Positions 8,331-17,119 of a DNA stretch of 39,089 bases are shown here, piece after piece. The number at the start of each line of letters is the position of its first letter. Positions within the stretch are counted from its first letter, which is position 1. Position numbers and translations under genes: made by a program. This DNA comes from Pseudomonadota bacterium (GTDB lineage Bacteria; Myxococcota_A; UBA796; SXON01). A model generated the notes under the pieces. That model was not told the DNA's origin. It searched no databases and saw nothing but the letters and a program-made list of their open reading frames with translations. The stretch lies in the NCBI GenBank assembly GCA_043750895.1, contig JAYVAS010000194.1:1-39089 (forward strand). The letters run 5' to 3'.

Positions 8331-9449
8331 ATGGTCCTGCTCCCTTTCGCGCTCCTCACTGGTTGCCCGAGCACCGACGCCAAGCAGGACGACACCGGCT
8401 CGGCCGTGACCGACACCGACACCGACGCCGACACCGACACGGATGCGGACACCGATGCGGACACCGATGCGGACTCGGATGCCGACTCGGATGCGGACTC
8501 GGACTCCGACACCGACACGTCCCCCGGCGCGATCGGCCTGGACTTCACCGGGGAGTACGACGGTGGCGGGTACGCCCTGACCTACGTGGACGTGGCGGAC
8601 GGTCTGGCCGTCGGCGCCGTGCTGATCGAGGGCCCCGTCGACGGCGACCGCGTCGAACTCGACCCGCCCGCCCCCCCGTCCACCGACCTGGTGGAGGTCG
8701 ACGGCTACCCGGGGACCTACCTCGCCTATTACGCCCCGGCCCTGTTCGGAGACGACGATGGTAGCGGGACCCACGGCGCCACCGAGACCTGGTGGGGGGT
8801 CGGGAACACCTGGGCCATCTACCTGGACGGGAAGCTCCCGCCCGACCTCGCGGCGTTCGGGCTGTCGCTGGGGTGGAACGCGCTCACCTTCGACTTCGGC
8901 GGCGGCAGCCCCGAAGTGGGCGACGTCACCCACATCCCGGTCCCCACCAACCTCACGCCCGTGGAGGCGATGAGCTTCGGCGGTACCTACAGCGGCTCCA
9001 TCGACAGCGACGAGAACCGGCTGTTCCTCCTTCCCTACGTGTACCTGACCGGTGGGACCACCGCGTCCGTGCTCGCCGACCAGGCCCTCGGCCCCCCTTG
9101 GACCATCAGCCTCTCGGGCGCGCCCCCCAACGACCATCTGTTCGACGCGACCGGCGCCGGCGATCAGTTCGCGGCGCTGGAGATCCCGCTCACCTACCTC
9201 GACACCGACGGGAGCGGCAGTTGGGCCGCCACCGAGGGGGCCAACTGGGGGGCCTGCACCAGCACCGGGGCGCCGGTCGCGGCGTTGTGGACCGATGCGC
9301 CCTCCGATCTCGGCTACGCCATCGCCTACGCGGTCAACGGCAGCACCATCGGCTGGGATCTCATCGACGTCTCCACCGAATCGATGACCCCGGTGCCGAG
9401 CGCCGAGCGCTCGAACCTCGACATCGACGACGACTGCGTAATTTTCTAG
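8331..9449 (+). CDS. lipoprotein with (Asp-Thr/Ala/Ser)n linker
   Basis: MVLLPFALLTGC lipobox. GGAGG lies 8 nt upstream and the gene starts 15 nt after the preceding stop, so an operon is likely. A 37-residue TDTDTDADTDTDADTDADTDADSDADSDADSDSDTDT tract precedes a ~300-aa domain of unknown family. Confidence 0.85.
   Translation: MVLLPFALLTGCPSTDAKQDDTGSAVTDTDTDADTDTDADTDADTDADSDADSDADSDSDTDTSPGAIGLDFTGEYDGGGYALTYVDVADGLAVGAVLIEGPVDGDRVELDPPAPPSTDLVEVDGYPGTYLAYYAPALFGDDDGSGTHGATETWWGVGNTWAIYLDGKLPPDLAAFGLSLGWNALTFDFGGGSPEVGDVTHIPVPTNLTPVEAMSFGGTYSGSIDSDENRLFLLPYVYLTGGTTASVLADQALGPPWTISLSGAPPNDHLFDATGAGDQFAALEIPLTYLDTDGSGSWAATEGANWGACTSTGAPVAALWTDAPSDLGYAIAYAVNGSTIGWDLIDVSTESMTPVPSAERSNLDIDDDCVIF
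8409..8519 (+). repeat. in-frame 6-nt/12-nt tandem repeat (GAC-NCN)n encoding D-T/D-A/D-S
   Basis: Read directly: ACCGACACCGACACCGACGCCGACACCGACACGGATGCGGACACCGATGCGGACACCGATGCGGACTCGGATGCCGACTCGGATGCGGACTCGGACTCCGACACCGACACG. Confidence 0.9.
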
Positions 9450-9536
9450 ACTGAAGCGGCAGTCCGCGCGGGCCGATGGCGGGAAGACGCCGAAGGTCTG
9501 GCCGTGATTGGTGATTATGCTCACGACAGTGAGACC

Positions 9537-10220
9537 ATGAATCCGAACTCCGCTGCGGCGTCCTTGCGTCAGAGTTTCTTGGCGGGGCTGCTTGCCCTGC
9601 TGCCGCTCTTCATCACCTGGAAGATCCTCTCCTTCGCGTTCGTCACGGTGGACGGCTTCCTCGGCAATCGTCTGAACGAGCTGCTCTCCTACGCCGTCGG
9701 GCACCCGATCCACGTGCCGGGGCTCGGGCTGGTGACCACGCTGCTGCTGGTCGTGCTGGCCGGCTACCTCACCCGGAAGCTGTTCTTCAAGCAGGCGCTC
9801 AGGTGGTTGGAGACGTTGATCGACCGCATCCCCGGGGTGCGTTCGCTCTACAGCGCCTCCCGCCAGATCGTCGTGCCCTTCACCGACCACGCGAAGCTGC
9901 CCTTCTCGAAGGTGGTGCTGGTCGAGTATCCGATGGTCGGTCGCTACACGCTCGGGCTCCTCGCCCAGGAGCAGGTCACGAAGGATCCCGGGGACGACCG
10001 CGTCGTCGTCTTCTTCCCGTCGAACCACCTCCACCTCGGCTACCCCGTGGTGCTGCGGAGCTCAGACGTCACCACGGTGGACATGACCGTAGAGGAAGCG
10101 GTGAAGTTCTTCGTGAGCTGCGGCGTCGTGGGCGACGACAGCCTCATCCGCTCGGGGGGCGCGCTGGTCCGGTTCGAGGAGGCGCACCCGGGCGCCCTGC
10201 GGACCGTCCGAACCGGCTGA
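9537..10220 (+). CDS. DUF502 family membrane protein
   Basis: Typical DUF502 layout: LRQSFLAGLLALLPLFITWKIL..., a second TM at GLGLVTTLLLVVLAGYL, then ...IPGVRSLYSASRQIV...VVLVEYPMVGRYTLGLL...FFPSNHLHLGYPVVL. Start set to ATG 9537. The track start at 9504 is a GTG, 11 codons upstream. Confidence 0.85.
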   Translation: MNPNSAAASLRQSFLAGLLALLPLFITWKILSFAFVTVDGFLGNRLNELLSYAVGHPIHVPGLGLVTTLLLVVLAGYLTRKLFFKQALRWLETLIDRIPGVRSLYSASRQIVVPFTDHAKLPFSKVVLVEYPMVGRYTLGLLAQEQVTKDPGDDRVVVFFPSNHLHLGYPVVLRSSDVTTVDMTVEEAVKFFVSCGVVGDDSLIRSGGALVRFEEAHPGALRTVRTG

Positions 10221-10401
10221 ACCAGGCCACCAGCGCCAGCGCGGCGGCGGCGTTGATCTCCCCACACCCGCGCGAAGACTGGGTGTAGGTCTCCTCCAGC
10301 ACGAAGGCCGTGTCGCGGTAGGGGTCGGTGTCGGCGGTGTCCCCGGTGTCGGCGGTGTCGGCCAAGGCGAGGCCGTAGAGGAGGAGCCACATCGGCGTCA
10401 T
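10144..10401 (-). CDS. small secreted acidic peptide with Gly-Cys/TM/basic C-terminal tail (MYXO-CTERM-like)
   Basis: ATG 10401 overlaps the ABC transporter stop (ATGA). Translation is MTPMWLLLYGLALA DTADTGDTADTDPYRDTAFVLEETYTQSS RGCGEINAAAALALVAWFSRFGRS.... GC3 is high through about codon 65 and falls where the tail runs antisense into the DUF502 gene (10144-10220). This is the C-terminal portion of track ORF 10144..11232. Confidence 0.5.
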   Translation of the reverse strand: MTPMWLLLYGLALADTADTGDTADTDPYRDTAFVLEETYTQSSRGCGEINAAAALALVAWFSRFGRSAGRPGAPPRTGPARPPSG

Positions 10402-12182
10402 CCTACCGCGAACTGCCGCTCGACCAGGCGGCGATACACCCCGTCGAGGGCGACGAGCTCGTCGTGGCGGCCACTCTCCACCACCCGCCCGCCGTCGATG
10501 ACCACGACGCGGTCCGCATCCTTGACCGTGGACAGGCGGTGCGCGATCACCAGCACGGTGCGGCCCTTCATCAGCCGTTCGAGCGCTTCCTGGACGAGGT
10601 GCTCGCTCTCCGAGTCCAGCGCCGAGGTGGCCTCGTCCAGCACCAGGATCCGCGGGTCCTTGAGCAGCGCCCGCGCGATGGCGATTCGCTGCTTCTGGCC
10701 TCCGGACAGGCGTACCCCCCGCTCGCCGACCAGCGTGCCGTAGCCCTCGGGGAATCCGCTCACGAAGGTGTGGGCGTTCGCGGCCCGCGCGGCGTCCTCG
10801 ACCTGAGCGCGCGTGGCGCCCGGCCTGCCGTAGCGGATGTTGTCCTCGATGCTCGAGGCGAACAACACCGGCTCCTGGGACACCGCCCCGATCTGCTCCC
10901 GCAGCCAGTGGGTGTCGAGCGTGCGGATGTCCGTGCCGTCGAGGGTGACCCGCCCCGCGGTCGGGTCGTAGAAGCGCATCAGGAGCGCCGCGACCGTGCT
11001 CTTGCCGCTCCCGGACGGCCCCACCAGCGCCAGCACCTTGCCGGGCTCGAGGTCGAGGCTCACGCCGCGGAGGACTGGGGCGTCCAGGCGGGTGGGGTAG
11101 GCGAAGTCGACCGCCTCCAGCTTGACCAGTCCGACGTAGTCCTTCACCTGCACGCCGCCGGTGTTGACCACCCCGGGCTCCCGGTCCAGCAGCTCGAAGA
11201 CCCGCCCGCTCGCGCCCAGGGCCTTGTTCCAATCGGCGTACAGGCTCGAGAGGGTCCCCAGCGAGAAGGCCAGGAACAGCGTGTAGAGCATGAACGACGA
11301 GAGCGTACCGGCGGTGAAGGTGTCGGCCGGAGCGGGGAGGCCCGCCGCGGTGGCGGCCGCGACCGCGGCGCTGCTGTCGATCACGAGGCCGCCGCCGTAC
11401 CAGAGCACCAGCGCGATCGCGACGTACATCGCGAAGCCCGCCGCTCCCTGGAAGGTGCCGTAGGCCACGGCCAGACGGCGGCCCATCTCGAAGGCGTCCT
11501 GCACCCGCGACGCGTACCGCGCCGACTCCTGCTCCTCCCGGGCGAAGGCCCGGACGGTCCGGATGCTGCCCAGGGTCTCCTCGGCGACTTCATTGGCGGC
11601 GGCGAGCGCGTCCTGGGTCTTCCGGGAGAGGCTCCGGACGGTGCGGGCGAACACCACCGCGCCCACCGCCACCACCGGCACCACCGCGAGCATCAGCAGC
11701 GTGAGCCGCCAGCTCGTCCAGAACAGGACCGCGAGGCTCCCGACGGTCTGGAGGCCGAAGCGTAACGCCATCGAGACGTTGACGGTCACGCTGTTCTGGA
11801 GGACCCCGGTGTCGGCCGAGAGGCGGTTGATGAGCTCTCCGGTGCGCTGGGAGTCGAAGAAGCCCACCTCCTGACGGATGACGCTGCCGTAGAGATCGCG
11901 GCGCAACCGGGCCACCACCCGCTCACCGGCCAGCGTGAACAGCCAGGCGCGAAGAAAGCCGAAGATGCCGATCACGAGGAAGAGGGGGATCATCCAGAGG
12001 ATGGTCTGATTGAGGACCGCCCGACCATCGGGGCGGGACACGGCGTCCATCAGGATCTTCAGGCCCTGCGGGGCGATCAACCCGCCGCTCCCCCCGAGCA
12101 GCAGCGCCACCGTGCCCAGGACGAGCATCGTCATTTCGGGTTTGGCCAGCCCGATCAGCCGCCGCCAGGGAGAAGTCGCCAT
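10398..12182 (-). CDS. ABC transporter, fused permease/ATPase (ABCB/MsbA-type exporter)
   Basis: Start trimmed to ATG 12182 (MATSPWRRLIGLAKPEMTMLVLG...), 8 nt after the upstream stop. The 6-TM domain contains IRQEVGFFDSQRTGELINRLSADT. Walker A is GPSGSGKST, the signature is LSGGQKQR and Walker B is ILVLDEATSALD. Confidence 0.93.
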   Translation of the reverse strand: MATSPWRRLIGLAKPEMTMLVLGTVALLLGGSGGLIAPQGLKILMDAVSRPDGRAVLNQTILWMIPLFLVIGIFGFLRAWLFTLAGERVVARLRRDLYGSVIRQEVGFFDSQRTGELINRLSADTGVLQNSVTVNVSMALRFGLQTVGSLAVLFWTSWRLTLLMLAVVPVVAVGAVVFARTVRSLSRKTQDALAAANEVAEETLGSIRTVRAFAREEQESARYASRVQDAFEMGRRLAVAYGTFQGAAGFAMYVAIALVLWYGGGLVIDSSAAVAAATAAGLPAPADTFTAGTLSSFMLYTLFLAFSLGTLSSLYADWNKALGASGRVFELLDREPGVVNTGGVQVKDYVGLVKLEAVDFAYPTRLDAPVLRGVSLDLEPGKVLALVGPSGSGKSTVAALLMRFYDPTAGRVTLDGTDIRTLDTHWLREQIGAVSQEPVLFASSIEDNIRYGRPGATRAQVEDAARAANAHTFVSGFPEGYGTLVGERGVRLSGGQKQRIAIARALLKDPRILVLDEATSALDSESEHLVQEALERLMKGRTVLVIAHRLSTVKDADRVVVIDGGRVVESGRHDELVALDGVYRRLVERQFAVG

Positions 12183-12190
12183 CCGCCGGC

Positions 12191-13774
12191 CTATTGCGGA
12201 GGCGCGGGGGACGCCGCCTCCCCATTCGGGGGGGGCCGACTGCGGATGCGGATGCCGGGGTTCACACCGACCGGCAGGTCGTCTCCGTCCAGGGTGACCC
12301 CCCAGCCCAGGTACACCGGTCCCGAGTCGACGAGGCGGGCCAGCGCGGCGGCCAGATCGCTCACCCGCGCGTCGACCTGGGCACGGAGCACCACCGGGCG
12401 ACCGGTGAGCCCGGCGAGGTCGCGCGTCGCCACGATCTCGCCGCCATCGTCCACCAGCCGGTCCTTCAGGAGGATGAGCTTGCGGGGGTGGAGGAGGTCG
12501 ACGTCCACGCGCATACGCAGCGGGAAGGCGCCGCAACGGCCCGCCGCGCGGAGCGGATCGGAGGCGAGCGCGTCGAAGACGGCGGCCGTGACCGAGCCGC
12601 AGCCGATCACCTGGATCACCCCCGCCCGCGCGTCCGCGAGGTGGAAGTACACGTCCTCCATCAGCATTTCGGGGGGCAGGATGATGCCGTCACCGAGCTG
12701 CAGAGTGGCCGCCGCGGCCTCGAGGTCCCCGACCACCGCCGCGACCTCGACCCCACCGGACTGGCGCATCAGCACCCACCGCGGCGCCACCGGATCGGCC
12801 ACCAGGACCCGCGGCGGCACCAGCGCGCGGTGCGGGACGTCGTAGCCTCGACGCTCCTCGAGCACGGCCGCGGCGTGGTCCCCCGCGAGGTGGGAGAGCG
12901 TGCGGGCCCGGAAGGGGACCCAGCCCCAGACCAGGGCGACCACGATGAGCAGTCCGCCGACCCCGGCGACATCCAGGCCCGACCGGGCGTCGAGACCGCG
13001 GAGGCGCTGGACGAGGACGGAGGGCAAGATCCCCAGGCCCGCGACGGCGAGGAAGGGCACGATCGACGGGAGCACGTAGGCCACCGCCGCCTCGTGAGCG
13101 TCCAGCGCGCCCACCCGGGACCACACCGCGTCGAAGTCCGGAAGGGCCTGAAGCCCGTCGTACCAGGCGCCGCCGAGCTCGGCGATGATGAGCGCCAGGC
13201 TCCCGACGCCAAAGCAGGCGCCGGCGATACCGGACGCCGTCATCCGACGCGGCGCGGCGTCGAGGCCGGCCACCGCGGCGGCGCCCCCGAGCAGCACGAT
13301 GCCGATCGCGGACAGCAGGCCTCCCGCCGGGTCCCCGTAGGATCGCCCGAACACCGCCGCCCCCGCCGCCGCCACCACCGCCACCATCACCCCGAAGCCC
13401 GGCGCGAACCACCGGCGACGCCCCGCACGGAGCGCCCGCACCACCGCGCCCATCAGCGGCGGGAGGGTGAGCGCCAGCGCGCCGCCCCCGGCCACGATCG
13501 CGGGCCCGCCGGCGCGCGCGCGATCCTGAAGCGCGAACCACGGGACCCAGGCCGGGTCCGCCGCCGAGCCGACCGCGGCGATGCCGTCGTTCATCCCCTG
13601 CACCACCGCGAAGCCGCCCACCACCAGCGCCAACACGGGCGCGGCGATGGCGAGGACCGCAGGCACCCGGCGGCCGAACGCCACCATCGAGGCCAGGGCG
13701 AACTGGACCGGGAGCCCGAGGACCAGCAGCACGACGAGGAAGGGGCCGAAGGAGCCGGCGGCAGACAGCAGCAC
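12191..13774 (-). CDS. polytopic membrane protein with soluble C-terminal region, unknown family
   Basis: About 10 hydrophobic segments in the first ~330 aa are followed by a ~200-aa non-membrane region (…[22 protein letters not shown]…[37 protein letters not shown]…). That region is faintly ExbD/TolR-like. The start is uncertain. I use GTG 13774 (GAAGG 5 nt upstream). Track ATG 13873 would leave only 11 nt to the divergent mdh start. Confidence 0.68.
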   Translation of the reverse strand: MLLSAAGSFGPFLVVLLVLGLPVQFALASMVAFGRRVPAVLAIAAPVLALVVGGFAVVQGMNDGIAAVGSAADPAWVPWFALQDRARAGGPAIVAGGGALALTLPPLMGAVVRALRAGRRRWFAPGFGVMVAVVAAAGAAVFGRSYGDPAGGLLSAIGIVLLGGAAAVAGLDAAPRRMTASGIAGACFGVGSLALIIAELGGAWYDGLQALPDFDAVWSRVGALDAHEAAVAYVLPSIVPFLAVAGLGILPSVLVQRLRGLDARSGLDVAGVGGLLIVVALVWGWVPFRARTLSHLAGDHAAAVLEERRGYDVPHRALVPPRVLVADPVAPRWVLMRQSGGVEVAAVVGDLEAAAATLQLGDGIILPPEMLMEDVYFHLADARAGVIQVIGCGSVTAAVFDALASDPLRAAGRCGAFPLRMRVDVDLLHPRKLILLKDRLVDDGGEIVATRDLAGLTGRPVVLRAQVDARVSDLAAALARLVDSGPVYLGWGVTLDGDDLPVGVNPGIRIRSRPPPNGEAASPAPPQ

Positions 13775-13884
13775 GACGCCTTCTACCTCGTCAGGCGCCG
13801 AAGGTGTCGGCGCACCGAGACGAAGGGAGACGAGGCACGGGCGGCGCGTATGGGTTAAGGCCGCCGGCCTCACGAGGTCATCAC

Positions 13885-14865
13885 ATGAAGGCTCCCCTCA
13901 AGGTCAGCGTCACCGGCGCGGCCGGCAACATCGGGTACGCGTTGGTGTTCCGTCTCGCCGCTGGCGACTGCTACGGGAAAGACCAACCCATCATCCTCCA
14001 GCTGCTGGAGATCCCCCCCGGGATGAAGGCCCTCGAGGGCGTCGTGATGGAGCTCCAGGACTCGGCCTTCCCGCTCCTGCACGGGATCGAGATCTCGGAC
14101 GACCCCAACAAGGCGTTCTCGGGTATCAATCAGGCGTTCCTCGTCGGCAGCCGCCCGCGCACGAAGGACATGAACCGCGCCGACCTGATCACCGCCAACG
14201 GCCCCATCTTCACCGGTCAGGGCCGCGCCCTCAACGACAACGCCGCCAAGGACATCCGCGCGCTGGTCGTCGGCAACCCCTGCAACACCAACGCGCTGAT
14301 CGCGATGCACTCCGCGCCGGACATCCCGCGCGACCGTTTCCACGCGATGACCCGCCTCGACGAGAACCGCGCCAAGGCCCAGCTCGCCAAGAAGGTCGGC
14401 GCCCTCCCGGGCGACGTCACCAACCTCGCCATCTGGGGCAACCACTCCGACACGATGTTCCCGGACTTCTTCCAGGCCAAGGTCAATGGCAAGGCCGTCC
14501 CCGAGCTCTGCGACGAGGCGTGGCTGAAGGGCGACTTCATCAAGACCGTCGCCACCCGCGGCAAGGCCATCATCGAAGCCCGCGGTGCCTCCTCGGCGGC
14601 CTCCGCGGCCTCCGCCGCGATCGACCACATGTCGTCGCTGTGGCACGGCACCAAGCGGGGCCACTTCACCTCCATGGGCGTGTGCTCGAACGGCGAGTAC
14701 GGCGTGCCCAAGGGCCTGATCTTCAGCTTCCCGGTCCAGACGTCGAAGGGCAACTGGAAGGTCAAGAAGGGCATCAAGCTCAACGACTTCGCCCGCGCCG
14801 GCATCAAGAAGACCACCGACGAGCTCCTCGCCGAGCGCGAGACGGTCAAGGATCTCCTCAAGTAG
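13885..14865 (+). CDS. mdh: malate dehydrogenase (NAD-dependent)
   Basis: [25 protein letters not shown] (Rossmann GxxGxxG). Also present are ...[15 protein letters not shown]..., [13 protein letters not shown] and [12 protein letters not shown], typical of this MDH class. GAGGT RBS lies 6 nt upstream of ATG 13885. Confidence 0.96.
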   Translation: MKAPLKVSVTGAAGNIGYALVFRLAAGDCYGKDQPIILQLLEIPPGMKALEGVVMELQDSAFPLLHGIEISDDPNKAFSGINQAFLVGSRPRTKDMNRADLITANGPIFTGQGRALNDNAAKDIRALVVGNPCNTNALIAMHSAPDIPRDRFHAMTRLDENRAKAQLAKKVGALPGDVTNLAIWGNHSDTMFPDFFQAKVNGKAVPELCDEAWLKGDFIKTVATRGKAIIEARGASSAASAASAAIDHMSSLWHGTKRGHFTSMGVCSNGEYGVPKGLIFSFPVQTSKGNWKVKKGIKLNDFARAGIKKTTDELLAERETVKDLLK

Positions 14866-14922
14866 GGCGCGTCCGGCGCCGGATGGGGGCGACAAGCCCG
14901 CGTCCGGCTGCCCGCGGCGACG

Positions 14923-15711
14923 CTAGGGCGTCGGCACCGGCGCCGTCGGCCCGCTGGTCTCGATGGGCGCCACGTCGAGCTTGATGTCCGGCCCGGTGGG
15001 CTGGGGCGGCGCCTCGGCGCCCACGGCGGCCCAGTGGGTCTGCACCCACCCGATGATCAGCGACTCCAGGGTGGGCTCCCGGTTCAGCATCGTGGTGCCC
15101 TTCCCGGCCTTCTCGAACATCTCCAGGCGATGGGTCCCGACCGCGACGCGGTCGAGCGACGTCGCGGAGCGGGCCGAGTAGACGTCGTCCTCGCTGGCCA
15201 CCATCAACAGCGGGCGCGCGCCGTACCGTTTCACCGCATCGGTGGTGATCACCCCCTTCACGTCCACCCCGGGCGAGAGCATCACCACGGTGCGGATGCT
15301 GGGATCATCGGCCGCGAGGTTGATCGCGAGGTTCGCCCCGACCTCGGCGCCCACGATCGCCACGTTGGTGCACCCCTTGGCGTGCAGGTAGTCGACCGCG
15401 GCCTTCACGTCGGCGATCATCGGCGCGTAGCTCGAGGGCGCCGTCGCGCCGGCCACCGCGTTGCCCCCCTGACCCCGCAGATCCACCGCGAGCACCTGCA
15501 CGTCGGCCCGGTAGAGCTTCTCGGCGAGCAGTTGCCAGTCCTCCTTCGCCCGACCCGCCATGTGGACGAACACCACGCCGTTCACCGCCTTGCTCGGGGC
15601 TCCGTACACGGCCTTGAGGCTGACGCCGTCGACCGTCTTGAGGGTGACCTGGGTGGGGAAGCTCGAGGCGGCCTGGGCGACCGAGTACAGCACGAGGAGG
15701 AGGAACATCAT
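14923..15711 (-). CDS. secreted alpha/beta-hydrolase-fold protein lacking the canonical Ser/His (probable pseudoenzyme)
   Basis: Start ATG 15711 overlaps the upstream stop (ATGA). Signal peptide is MMFLLLVLYSVAQAAS. The fold pattern is VVFVHMAGRAKEDW...VAIVGAEVGANLA...VVMLSPG...PLLMVASEDDVY...FEKAGKGTT. The nucleophile elbow reads G-A-E-V-G. The tail is Pro-rich. Confidence 0.8.
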   Translation of the reverse strand: MMFLLLVLYSVAQAASSFPTQVTLKTVDGVSLKAVYGAPSKAVNGVVFVHMAGRAKEDWQLLAEKLYRADVQVLAVDLRGQGGNAVAGATAPSSYAPMIADVKAAVDYLHAKGCTNVAIVGAEVGANLAINLAADDPSIRTVVMLSPGVDVKGVITTDAVKRYGARPLLMVASEDDVYSARSATSLDRVAVGTHRLEMFEKAGKGTTMLNREPTLESLIIGWVQTHWAAVGAEAPPQPTGPDIKLDVAPIETSGPTAPVPTP

Positions 15712-16103
15712 GGCGAGGGGAACACCTGGGTCAGGGCGTTGAGTTCGGCGAGCAGATCGGCGACGGGGAACCCTTCGGCGAACGCCGCCTCGCCCAGGGT
15801 CTCGTCCGCGCCCACCGCACACGCGGGGCAGGCGGGCAGGCCCCGGCGCGCGAACGCCTCCGCGACCGCCGGGTGGCGCGCGTGGGCGGCGTGCACCGTC
15901 ATCTCGAGCCGGAAGGGGGCGGGGTCGGCGCGGGCGTGGAGGGCGGCGGTCCGAGACTCGACCGCCCCGACCTGCCGACGCAGCCCGGTGAGGTCGGCGC
16001 GCACCGCGTCGAGGCCCATCCGTCGCTCCGCCAGGACCGACACGACCCGCGCGCGCAACCACGTGCGGGCACGACGACGGGCGGACGCCAGGGCGGGAAC
16101 CAT
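15708..16103 (-). CDS. coiled-coil protein with C-terminal DUF1858 (redox-disulfide, ScdA-N-like) domain
   Basis: ATG 16103 lies directly behind GGAGAGG. The C-terminus MTVHAAHARHPAVAEAFARRGLPACPACAVGADETLGEAAFAEGFPVADLLAELNAL matches the DUF1858 pattern: CxxC, then (S/T)LxEAA, then ...LLxELN. Confidence 0.68.
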   Translation of the reverse strand: MVPALASARRRARTWLRARVVSVLAERRMGLDAVRADLTGLRRQVGAVESRTAALHARADPAPFRLEMTVHAAHARHPAVAEAFARRGLPACPACAVGADETLGEAAFAEGFPVADLLAELNALTQVFPSP

Positions 16104-16122
16104 CCTCTCCAGCTTACTCTGT

Positions 16123-16151
16123 TTGACGTCGCACCCGGGAACCGCTACAAG
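16123..16151 (+). promoter_or_regulatory. candidate sigma70-type promoter for tadA
   Basis: TTGACG (16123-16128), a 17-nt spacer, then TACAAG (16146-16151) in the tadA/DUF1858 divergent intergenic region. This is a motif match only. Confidence 0.3.
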
Positions 16152-16192
16152 GCGGCCGCTCCGGGGTGCCAACCACCCCCGCATGCTCTTTG

Positions 16193-16678
16193 ATGAACCC
16201 CATGGAATCTTCTGACACGGACAGCCGCTGGATGCGGCATGCGCTCGCGCTCGCCGCGCGCGCCGCCGAAGCGGGCGAGGTCCCGGTCGGCGCCCTGGTT
16301 TTGCTCGATGGAGCCCTCCTCGCCGAGGGGGTGAACACCAGGGAGACGCACCAGGACCCCTGCGGTCACGCCGAGGTGAACGCGCTCCGCGCTGCCGCCC
16401 AGGCCCGCGGAAACTGGCATCTCGATGGCTGTACCGTCTACGTCACGCTCGAACCCTGCGCCATGTGCGCGGGGGCCATGGTCCTCGCCCGGATCGCCCG
16501 CTGTGTCTACGCAGCCCGCGACCCCAAGGGCGGGTTCCTCGGCACGCTGGGAGATCTCTCCCGGCACCCCGGTCTCAACCACCAGTTCTCGGTGGTCGCC
16601 GGGGTCGAGGAAGCGGCCGCCCGGACCCAGCTACAGGGGTTCTTCGCGGCCCGGCGGAGTCGGAAGACCAACGTTTGA
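16193..16678 (+). CDS. tadA: tRNA adenosine(34) deaminase
   Basis: CDA-fold zinc motifs HAE (CGHAEVNAL) and PCxxC (LEPCAMCAGAM) are present, with the typical WMRHALALA N-terminus. The start is ambiguous: GTG 16166, ATG 16193 or ATG 16202. None has a clear SD. Confidence 0.9.
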   Translation: MNPMESSDTDSRWMRHALALAARAAEAGEVPVGALVLLDGALLAEGVNTRETHQDPCGHAEVNALRAAAQARGNWHLDGCTVYVTLEPCAMCAGAMVLARIARCVYAARDPKGGFLGTLGDLSRHPGLNHQFSVVAGVEEAAARTQLQGFFAARRSRKTNV

Positions 16679-16681
16679 TGC

Positions 16682-16771
<90 letters not shown>

Positions 16772-16812
16772 TCCCTTCGTCGGCACGCGACCTCGGTTGT
16801 GCGTCGTAATCT

Positions 16813-16900
16813 GGACAGGTGACCGAGTGGTCGAAGGTGCACGACTGGAAATCGTGTGTATCGAAAGGTACCGCGGGTTCGAATCCCGCCCTGTCCGCCA
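16813..16900 (+). tRNA. tRNA-Ser (anticodon GGA)
   Basis: Acceptor is GGACAGG/CCTGTCC. Anticodon stem CACGA/TCGTG carries loop CTGGAAA. There is a long variable arm, T-loop CGGGTTCGAATCCCG and an encoded CCA. Confidence 0.95.
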
Positions 16901-16926
16901 TTTCCCGCCCCTTGGCGGGTGAATTT

Positions 16927-17055
16927 CTCGCCCCCGTTGGTGATGGTCGGGTCCTCGTGACCGGAGCGTCGTGAATCCCGCCAGGTCCTGACGGAAGCAA
17001 CGGTGTCGATGGCTTCGGGGCATGAGGGTGCCCGGCCATCACCAACGGGGGCGAG
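16927..17055 (+). ncRNA. ffs: signal recognition particle RNA (small bacterial 4.5S type)
   Basis: A long closing helix pairs CTCGCCCCCGTTGGTGATGGTCGGG (16927-) with CCCGGCCATCACCAACGGGGGCGAG (-17055). The apical domain IV motif is CCAGGTCC-TGAC-GGAAGCAAC (compare E. coli CAGGUCC-GGAA-GGAAGCAGC). The position directly upstream of dnaX matches many bacteria. Confidence 0.8.
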
Positions 17056-17119
17056 CCCCGCCCCGCGCGGAGGCCCCCTGCACGCGGGCCGCGTTAGGAC
17101 TGCGCGGATCGAGGAACCC

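Noticed and set aside
8409-8519. Possible CRISPR-like or other non-coding repeat array
   Set aside because: The units are 6-12 nt, contiguous, without spacers, and in frame within a lipoprotein gene. This is a coding dipeptide repeat.
12191-13873. Full-length 560-aa version of the membrane protein starting at ATG 13873
   Set aside because: It would leave 11 nt to the divergent mdh start and overlap its RBS. The first 33 codons are non-hydrophobic and Arg/Pro-rich. This version remains a possible alternative, so the confidence on the start is lowered.
17003-17119. Upstream dnaX starts (GTG 17003, ATG 17009)
   Set aside because: They lie inside the predicted SRP RNA helix. GTG 17120 has a GAGGA RBS and gives the canonical DnaX N-terminus.
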